From the NCBI GenBank assembly GCA_965279035.1, contig OZ257142.1:64001-128000 (forward strand): a stretch of DNA of 64,000 nt, written 5' to 3'. The DNA is from Bacteroidia bacterium. Lineage in GTDB: Bacteria > Bacteroidota > Bacteroidia > M30B66. A program made the position numbers and the translations under genes. The notes under the pieces were generated by a model. That model ran no database searches. It saw only the letters and a program-made list of their open reading frames with translations, and was not told the DNA's origin. This document shows positions 57,258 to 64,000 of this stretch, one piece after another (the stretch's first letter is position 1; every line of letters begins with the position of its first letter).

Positions 57258-58325
57258 ATGGCAAGCCCACAATTCTTCACTTCGATGTTTCGGCCAATGG
57301 CCAAGCTTAGCTTTGTATTTACATTTTTAGTTATTCTCGCAGGTTCGGTTGTGAGAACAACGCAATCGGGAATGGGCTGCCCCGACTGGCCTAAATGCTT
57401 TGGTTATTATATTCCTCCAACTGATCCAAGTCAAGTCGATTTTCATCCTCATCATGCATACACCAAAGGCATGATGGTGATAGTAAATGATACATTATGG
57501 CGTGCAACAAGTCCATTTAAAAGTGGAGAGGTTTTTAGCCGAGAACACTGGGAGAAATATCCGAAACACAATTATGCCAAGTTCTTTGTGCAACATACCT
57601 GGATCGAATACATCAACCGACTTTTAGGTGCATTAATGGGCGTTTTTGTTTTGGGCACCTTTGTTTCCTCCTTTTTCCAGAAGAAACACCGTTCTGCTTT
57701 TATTGGTTTGAGTTTTTCGTTGCTTTTTCTAACAGGATTTCAAGCTTGGTTGGGAGCCTTGGTCGTTGATTCACATTTAGCCCCAGTCAAGATTACAATC
57801 CATATGCTGGCGGCTTTGCTGTTGCTGGCACTCAGTCAATGGATTCTTTATTTAAGCAATCATAAAGAAAGGAAGAACCATGAAGAACAGATTTTAAAAC
57901 CACTCGCCATTTCTGCGTTGATTTTCACTCTCATTCAAGTACTTTTAGGAACGCAGGTGCGCGAGTCAATCGACATTATAGCAAATGAATTGGGACATGA
58001 ACAACGTGAATTATGGGTCGACATGCTTCCTTCGTCCTTTCTTATTCACCGTGCTTTTTCATTGATGGTTTTGGCTCTCAATACCTTTTTGTATTTGAAA
58101 GGAAAGAAATCGGGGGATCCTCAAATTGTGCTTTTCACCACATTGAGTGGGTTTATCGTACTTGCTGAAATAACGGTTGGAATATCACTTTCTCTTTCTG
58201 GAATGCCTGCTTTTTTGCAACCTATTCATTTACTTTTATCTACCCTTTTATTTTCAGCCCAATTTGCTGTGTGGTTGAACCTAAGAAAGAAGAAAACTGT
58301 ATACAAAAAAGCTATTTCCAACTAA
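57258..58325 (+). CDS. ctaA: Heme A synthase, COX15/CtaA family
   Basis: SGMGCPDWPKC, WIEYINRL, conserved His in TM helices; -7 element TACTTTTG at 57234; exact start uncertain. Confidence 0.85.
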   Translation: MASPQFFTSMFRPMAKLSFVFTFLVILAGSVVRTTQSGMGCPDWPKCFGYYIPPTDPSQVDFHPHHAYTKGMMVIVNDTLWRATSPFKSGEVFSREHWEKYPKHNYAKFFVQHTWIEYINRLLGALMGVFVLGTFVSSFFQKKHRSAFIGLSFSLLFLTGFQAWLGALVVDSHLAPVKITIHMLAALLLLALSQWILYLSNHKERKNHEEQILKPLAISALIFTLIQVLLGTQVRESIDIIANELGHEQRELWVDMLPSSFLIHRAFSLMVLALNTFLYLKGKKSGDPQIVLFTTLSGFIVLAEITVGISLSLSGMPAFLQPIHLLLSTLLFSAQFAVWLNLRKKKTVYKKAISN

Positions 58326-58908
58326 GTGTTTGAATGAGGTGTTCAATATCTTCTCGAACAAATTTCGTGACAGGAGCAAGCGAATCGGCATTGGGTTCAG
58401 CATAGAAATACAATGAACCACGTAGAAAATGACTGCTGCTATCGGTCAAATGAAATTGTATTGACGAAGCCGCATTTCCACCAATTTCATAGATAATTCC
58501 ATACACTTTTTTTTCAGGATAGCGAATAAGGTATTCTTCTATCTGGCTTGCTTTTGCAGCATGTTTATAGGCTAGATTTCGTGAATCTTCTAAGTACCTG
58601 TTTGCATCATTTTTTACATCCTTGTAACTAATATGCACAGTTGCGTGCAGTTTAGGAATCACTAAATTTGCCCAGCAACGTTCTCCTTTACGGGTTGTAT
58701 CTACCTGCATTTGGGCATATTTGGGATATTCGAATGTGTATGGGCAATTGCTTAAAAATGGCTGATATTCTTTTGAGGGAAGATCAATTCGGTAATATCC
58801 ACGTGGGCGAGGCATCGTGACTTCCTCTTCTCCACAAGAAGAAAAAAGGAAAGCTGAAATAAGAAATAAACTAGGAAAACAGATTCTTAAAACACGCATA
58901 CGAAACAC
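58312..58908 (-). CDS. gldD: Gliding motility lipoprotein GldD
   Basis: Lipobox FSSC, PRPRGYYRIDLP, GNAASSIQFHLTDS..HFLRGSLYF...PNADSLAP. Confidence 0.9.
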   Translation of the reverse strand: MFRMRVLRICFPSLFLISAFLFSSCGEEEVTMPRPRGYYRIDLPSKEYQPFLSNCPYTFEYPKYAQMQVDTTRKGERCWANLVIPKLHATVHISYKDVKNDANRYLEDSRNLAYKHAAKASQIEEYLIRYPEKKVYGIIYEIGGNAASSIQFHLTDSSSHFLRGSLYFYAEPNADSLAPVTKFVREDIEHLIQTLSWK

Positions 58909-58940
58909 TCAATAATTGGTCGAATATACTGTTTCAACCG

Positions 58941-59327
58941 TTAATGAGCTTGATCATCGGAATAATGTTCTCCCGCTTCGTGATGTCCATGATCATCTCT
59001 TCTGCCCGAAAGAACTGTTAATGTATCAGCAACAACTTCTACCGAATACCGTTTGATTTTATCCTTGTCTTCCCAAGTTCGAGAGCGTAATTTACCTTCT
59101 ATATAAAGTGTTGCACCTTTTCTGACAATCTTCTCAGTAACTTCAGCAAGTCCACGCCATAGAACGATATTATGCCATTCGGTTTGTTCGACTCTGTTGC
59201 CATCTTTTTTATAAATCTCAGTTGTTGCAAGCGGGAAATTTGCAACACGCACCCCATTTTCTAACACTTTAACTTCGGGATCTTTACCAACATTCCCAAT
59301 AAGGATTACTTTATTAACGCCAGCCAT
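58941..59327 (-). CDS. ssb: Single-stranded DNA-binding protein
   Basis: VNKVILIGNVGKDPE, TEWHNIV, YIEGKLRSR. Confidence 0.95.
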   Translation of the reverse strand: MAGVNKVILIGNVGKDPEVKVLENGVRVANFPLATTEIYKKDGNRVEQTEWHNIVLWRGLAEVTEKIVRKGATLYIEGKLRSRTWEDKDKIKRYSVEVVADTLTVLSGRRDDHGHHEAGEHYSDDQAH

Positions 59328-59413
59328 AACGATACAATTAAATGAACTTTAATCAAATATAGTGATTTGATATACCGAATGATAAACGAAAAACAAGGAA
59401 AATTATTCAGCAA

Positions 59414-60478
59414 TTATTTCTTGTCGAGATAGCGAGTAATCAATCGCGGCATTGCAATCAAATGCAAATCCTCCATAGGAAGAATCTTCCTTTGTGGATA
59501 ATCAGATTCGTTCAGTGATTCTACTTGTATATGAATGAAACGTGTGTGTAAATGTTGATGACTCAGGATATGGCGGATTTCGGACGAGATATAAATAATA
59601 CTACCTTGATTCAAACTCAAGTCAGAATGCTTTAAAGTCAATTGATCGATAGAAAGTAAATCCAGCGAAGTAGCTGTTTCAATGAGAGGAAACTGATATA
59701 AGCTTTCCCAAATATCTCCTTCACTTCGTTTTTCGATGAGTGTTTTTCCATGGGAGTCTTTCATAATGAGAAAAGTAAAATACCGATTTCGAATTTTGGT
59801 TTTTTGAGATTTTACAGGAAGTTGAGCGATTAATTTTTCACTGTATGCAATGCATTCTTCACGAAAAATACAGCGATCGCACAATGGATTTGAGGGTTTG
59901 CAAATGGTTGCTCCCAATTCCATCATAGCCTGATTGAAATTTCCAGGATGCTTTTTATCGATGAGTTGTTGTGCGATGAGTTTAAATTCTTTTTGTCCTT
60001 TGATAGAATCGATGGGCGTTTGAATACCAAAAAGGCGCGAAAAAAATCGGTAAACGTTTCCATCTACTACAGCTTGAACCTCACCAAAAGCAATGGAAGA
60101 AATAGCTGCAGCGGTATAAGGACCTATTCCCGGTAGGGAAATTATTTCTTCATATGTTGAAGGAAAAACACCTTTGAAATGATCTCTAATTTTTTTGGCA
60201 GCTGCATGTAGATTCCGAGCTCGGGAATAATAGCCGAGTCCTTGCCAACAATGCATCACTTCGTCTTCAGGTGCATTGGCTAAATCCAATACTGTTGGAA
60301 AATTTTCCAGGAAGGCATAATAATAACGAATTCCTTGATCAACTCGGGTTTGTTGAAGAATCACTTCTGACAGCCAAATAGCATAGGGATCTTTCGTCTC
60401 TCGCCAAGGAAGAGTGCGAAATGATTGTCCATACCAAGCTAAAATTCGTTCTGAAAACTTCCGAATGCTCCTCTCCAT
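59414..60478 (-). CDS. mutY: A/G-specific adenine glycosylase
   Basis: WLSEVILQQT, GLGYYSRARNL, VDGNV, CKPSNPLCDRC Fe-S loop. Confidence 0.95.
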   Translation of the reverse strand: MERSIRKFSERILAWYGQSFRTLPWRETKDPYAIWLSEVILQQTRVDQGIRYYYAFLENFPTVLDLANAPEDEVMHCWQGLGYYSRARNLHAAAKKIRDHFKGVFPSTYEEIISLPGIGPYTAAAISSIAFGEVQAVVDGNVYRFFSRLFGIQTPIDSIKGQKEFKLIAQQLIDKKHPGNFNQAMMELGATICKPSNPLCDRCIFREECIAYSEKLIAQLPVKSQKTKIRNRYFTFLIMKDSHGKTLIEKRSEGDIWESLYQFPLIETATSLDLLSIDQLTLKHSDLSLNQGSIIYISSEIRHILSHQHLHTRFIHIQVESLNESDYPQRKILPMEDLHLIAMPRLITRYLDKK

Positions 60479-60540
60479 TGCAGCAATGATAGGCCTTTCC
60501 AACTTTTCTAAAAAATCTTTTCGTTTGAATTTAAAACTAG

Positions 60541-60548
60541 TATCTTTG
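60541..60548 (+). promoter_or_regulatory. Bacteroidota -7 element for the HU operon
   Basis: TATCTTTG upstream of the HU gene. Confidence 0.55.
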
Positions 60549-60625
60549 CCACCCGTTTTAAAAGGACGTAACATCCACAGTAACAAAAAACTAATCAAAC
60601 ATAAATCTTTAAAATTCAACCAGCC

Positions 60626-60913
60626 ATGACCAAAGCTGAAATTGTTGCAGAAATTGCGGATAAGACAGGAATCGAGAAAGTAACTGTACAGGCTACTGTA
60701 GAAGCCTTTATGAAGTCGGTGAAAACCAATCTTTCTTCTGGTAAAAATGTTTATCTCCGTGGTTTTGGCAGCTTTATAGTGAAAAAACGTGCGACTAAAA
60801 AAGGTCGTAACATTTCAAAAAACACCACAATCGTTATCCCTGAGCATTTTATTCCGTCTTTCAAGCCGGCTAAAACATTCAGTGATAAAGTAAAAAAATC
60901 AGTAAAAGCCTGA
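60626..60913 (+). CDS. HU/IHF family DNA-binding protein
   Basis: MTKAEIV, LRGFGSF, GRNI, PSFKP. Confidence 0.93.
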   Translation: MTKAEIVAEIADKTGIEKVTVQATVEAFMKSVKTNLSSGKNVYLRGFGSFIVKKRATKKGRNISKNTTIVIPEHFIPSFKPAKTFSDKVKKSVKA

Positions 60914-60926
60914 TTTCATCGTCCCG

Positions 60927-61754
60927 ATGACAAGCAAGCAAATCCTCGTTATTTCGGCAAGTCTTCTTGTTGGTGGAGTAGTTTTCATGCTACCACGAGA
61001 AGGATTTCGGAAAGAAGAAGAGCAAACATCGGGATCAGTACCGGTTGCTGATCAACAATTTGAAAAGCAATTAGAAGCCGTTAAAAAAAGCAGTGATGCT
61101 ACGGCACTCGCAAGTATCGAGTTCTTTGAAGGACGACTAGAACAAACAACAGGCAATGGTAAAACTGTCTGGCTCGATTCACTTAGTTCGGTTTGGGATC
61201 GCCAAATGCGACCGGGAATTGCAGCAGAGTATGTTTACCAGAAAGCAAAACTGACAAACACAGGAAACGATTGGCTCAATGCAGGCAAGCGTTTCCTGGG
61301 TTTATCTAGATTTTTTGAAGGCGAAGACAAAGCAGCTGTTTCGCAGCGTGCTCTTGAATGTCTCGAAAAAGCGAATGAACTCATTCCACAAAGCAATGAG
61401 GTGAAAACCCAATTGGGCATCGCTTATGTGAGTGGTAGTCAGGAGCCTATGAAAGGAATTCTCCTATTGCGTGAAGCAGTGAAAGCAGATTCAACCAATC
61501 TGGAAGCACAGCTTAACCTTGGATTCTTTTCTATGCAAAGTGGGCAATATGATAAAGCAGTTTCCCGCTTCCAAAAAGTGCTGTCGATCCAACCAGAATT
61601 AAATGAGGTACGTATTTACCTCAGTGATGCATTCGAGGCTCAAGGCGATTCTAAAGCCGCTTTGAAGGTACTTCAAGACTTAAAAAAATCAAGCAAAGAT
61701 TCATTGCTGCTTACCGAAGCAGATCGACGAATCGAACGAATTCAACAACATTAA
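60927..61754 (+). CDS. Tetratricopeptide repeat protein with N-terminal membrane anchor
   Basis: TPR pattern AQLNLG...GQYDKAVSRFQKVL. Confidence 0.8.
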   Translation: MTSKQILVISASLLVGGVVFMLPREGFRKEEEQTSGSVPVADQQFEKQLEAVKKSSDATALASIEFFEGRLEQTTGNGKTVWLDSLSSVWDRQMRPGIAAEYVYQKAKLTNTGNDWLNAGKRFLGLSRFFEGEDKAAVSQRALECLEKANELIPQSNEVKTQLGIAYVSGSQEPMKGILLLREAVKADSTNLEAQLNLGFFSMQSGQYDKAVSRFQKVLSIQPELNEVRIYLSDAFEAQGDSKAALKVLQDLKKSSKDSLLLTEADRRIERIQQH

Positions 61755-61776
61755 TCACCTTTTAAAAAACATTCCT

Positions 61777-61866
61777 ATGCCAAGCGGTAAGAAAAGAAAA
61801 CGTCATAAAATGGCTACCCACAAACGCAAAAAGCGTTTAAGAAAAAATCGTCATAAGAAGAAATAA
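61777..61866 (+). CDS. Small ribosomal subunit protein bS22-like (AURKAIP1/COX24 domain), 29 aa, absent from the ORF track
   Basis: MPSGKKRKRHKMATHKRKKRLRKNRHKKK. Confidence 0.85.
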   Translation: MPSGKKRKRHKMATHKRKKRLRKNRHKKK

Positions 61867-62044
61867 TCGACTGATGGCTGATTCACTATTGTTTCTAGCA
61901 TTCTTATAAATGCTTGTTCGAAACAATTTGATGCGGCTGCCTGTTTACATTTCAACAATCCGGAATTCAATGAATTAAGGGCCATGCTACATGCTGCCCT
62001 TTTTTGTCATTTGTATATATTAAACCGGATTTATACATGTATTC

Positions 62045-63595
62045 GTGAACAAAGAACTGATCATCAATGCCACTGGCAATGAGATCGTCATTGCACAAAT
62101 GGAAGATCGTCGTCTGATTGAAATTAACCGCGAAAAAAGCAATAACAGCTTTGCCGTTGGGGACATTTATTTAGGACGAGTAAAAAAAGTTATGCCTGGG
62201 CTTAACGCTGCTTTTGTAGACGTTGGGTATGAGAAAGATGCATTTTTGCATTACCTCGATCTTGGGCCACAAGTTCAATCGCTTATTAAATTCATGCGAC
62301 AAGGACTTGCGAATAAACTTCCAGCATCTGCGCTAGCCGATTTCAAAATGGATCCGGATATCCGTAAGGATGGAAAGATTGCCGATGTGCTTCAGAACAA
62401 TAGCCCGATTCTGGTTCAAATTGCCAAGGAACCAATCTCTACCAAAGGTCCGCGTATTAGCTCGGAACTCTCTTTGGCAGGAAGATACCTTGTGCTTGTC
62501 CCTTTTAGTGATAAGATATCCGTATCACAAAAAATCAAAGAATCGGAAGAACGTAATCGTCTCAAACGGCTCATTATGAGCATCCGCCCGAAAGGGTTTG
62601 GTGTAATCATTCGCACCGTTGCTACCAATAAAAAAGTAGCCGAATTGGATCAGGACCTTAACGAACTGATCGAACGCTGGAATCTTCTTGTAGAAAACCT
62701 TCCTAGCGCTCAACCTAAAACCAAAGTACTTGGCGAAATAAAACGTACCTCCGCTTTACTTCGAGATATCCTCAATGATTCCTTTAATAGCATTGTTGTA
62801 GACGATCAAACCATCTTTTCGGAAGTGCGGAATTACATCGCTCACATTGCTCCCGATAAAGAGAAGATTGTCAAACTTCACAAAGGGAAAGAAGATGTTT
62901 TCGAAGCGTATGGTGTTGATCGCCAAATCAAAGCTGCATTTGGACAAAATGTAAGCATGAAAAGTGGCGCTTACTTAATCATCCAGCATACTGAAGCGAT
63001 GCACGTGATTGATGTAAACAGCGGCCACCGTTCACGTTCCGATAACGATCAGGAAACAAATGCCTTCGATTGTAATATGGAAGCGGCAAGTGAAATTGCA
63101 CGTCAGCTCCGTTTGCGCGACATGGGTGGAATTATCGTTATCGATTTTATTGATATGCATTCGCCCAATAACCGCAAAGTGTTGTTCGATAAACTGAAGG
63201 AAGACATGGCTCAGGATCGTGCAAAACACACAATTCTTCCTCCTAGTAAATTTGGGTTAATTCAAATTACTCGTCAACGCGTACGCCCAGAATTGGTTAT
63301 CGAAATTTTGGAGAAGTGTCCAACATGTAATGGTACAGGAGAAGTTCAGCCTTCTATTTTGATTACAGATGAAATCGAAAATAATCTTCGATATATCATC
63401 AAAGAACAAAACGAAAAGTCGGTTCGTTTGTGGGTAAATCCATTTATCGCTGCTTTCTTGAAGCAAGGATTTCCTTCTATCCAAATGAAATGGTGGATGA
63501 AATACAAAACATGGATTCCAGTAAAAGCAAATGCTTCCTATCATTTTTTAGAATATCATTTCCTGAATAAACAGGACGAAGAAATTAAATTGTAA
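62045..63595 (+). CDS. Rne/Rng family ribonuclease
   Basis: S1 domain GDIYLGRV...AAFVD, IDVNSG, LRDMGGIIVIDFIDM, CPTCNG. Confidence 0.95.
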   Translation: MNKELIINATGNEIVIAQMEDRRLIEINREKSNNSFAVGDIYLGRVKKVMPGLNAAFVDVGYEKDAFLHYLDLGPQVQSLIKFMRQGLANKLPASALADFKMDPDIRKDGKIADVLQNNSPILVQIAKEPISTKGPRISSELSLAGRYLVLVPFSDKISVSQKIKESEERNRLKRLIMSIRPKGFGVIIRTVATNKKVAELDQDLNELIERWNLLVENLPSAQPKTKVLGEIKRTSALLRDILNDSFNSIVVDDQTIFSEVRNYIAHIAPDKEKIVKLHKGKEDVFEAYGVDRQIKAAFGQNVSMKSGAYLIIQHTEAMHVIDVNSGHRSRSDNDQETNAFDCNMEAASEIARQLRLRDMGGIIVIDFIDMHSPNNRKVLFDKLKEDMAQDRAKHTILPPSKFGLIQITRQRVRPELVIEILEKCPTCNGTGEVQPSILITDEIENNLRYIIKEQNEKSVRLWVNPFIAAFLKQGFPSIQMKWWMKYKTWIPVKANASYHFLEYHFLNKQDEEIKL

Positions 63596-63610
63596 TACAA
63601 ATTCAATTGA

Positions 63611-63652
63611 GCAGCATTCATACTTTTGTCGTATGGATGCTGCTTTCTTTTT
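63611..63652 (+). terminator. Terminator-like hairpin overlapping the promoter and start codon of the next gene
   Basis: gcagcattcatac-ttttgtc-gtatggatgctgc followed by tttcttttt. Confidence 0.55.
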
Positions 63653-64000
63653 AGATTTATTCGATTACAACGACTGGGCAAATAACCGTGTACTGAACAT
63701 TATTGCTCAAGCGGAAAATGATTCAATTCCAGTTCCTGAAAACGTTTACGAACTCATGAGCCACATTTTAGGTGCTCAGGAAATTTGGATGTATCGATTA
63801 CAAAATCGACTTGGAGGAAAAGAGCTTTTTGCTTTAAAGCCGCTCTCCGAATTGATTGAGATTAACAATCGATCTACGCTTGAATGGAAAAGTCTTATTC
63901 AAGAACATTCGAATGATTTTAGTGATTTCGCTTTACAATATAAAAACATTGAAGGTCAGGCTTTTTCAAACAAACTTCATGAGGTAATTATGCACGTTGT
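63633..64000 (+). CDS. DinB family protein (3' truncated by window edge)
   Basis: MDAAFFLDLFDYNDWANNR...SHILGAQEIWMYRL...EVIMHV. Confidence 0.8.
   Translation, partial: MDAAFFLDLFDYNDWANNRVLNIIAQAENDSIPVPENVYELMSHILGAQEIWMYRLQNRLGGKELFALKPLSELIEINNRSTLEWKSLIQEHSNDFSDFALQYKNIEGQAFSNKLHEVIMHV

Noticed and set aside
1-64000. tRNA, rRNA, CRISPR arrays, IS transposases, prophage genes
   Set aside because: None recognised by eye in the intergenic regions or the ORF set

Overview
This window is chromosomal DNA from a Bacteroidota bacterium, shown by gldD, several T9SS C-terminal-domain proteins and repeated TAnnTTTG -7 promoter elements. It is mostly housekeeping genes: lipB, PGI/PMI, atpBEFHAG, truB, uppP, ftsX, leuS, fumC, prfB with its +1 frameshift, lepA, dsbD, an S41 protease, gltA, ctaA, gldD, ssb, mutY, HU, bS22 and RNase E/G. 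Interspersed accessory islets include a nucleotidyltransferase pair, an ORF6N gene, an AAA-DUF4143 ATPase, a zeta-like pair, an amino-sugar tailoring cluster, T9SS cargo, a serpin and a two-component system. The standout is an in-frame ~214-codon insertion in leucyl-tRNA synthetase, just before the editing-site motif FTTRPDT. It encodes a DUF559/Vsr-like endonuclease domain bracketed by three ~40-bp GC-rich palindromic repeats (arranged > < <) that are translated as part of the protein. It has no intein hallmarks, and a degenerate fourth repeat copy lies in an intergenic region 4 kb upstream. Also noted are two Flavo-1-like structured elements, a possibly pseudoknotted 5' leader, a palindrome inside the ORF6N gene and a beta-propeller gene with a nonsense codon in its T9SS signal. 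No rRNA, tRNA or CRISPR array was seen. All family assignments come from motif recognition by eye; no database searches were run.
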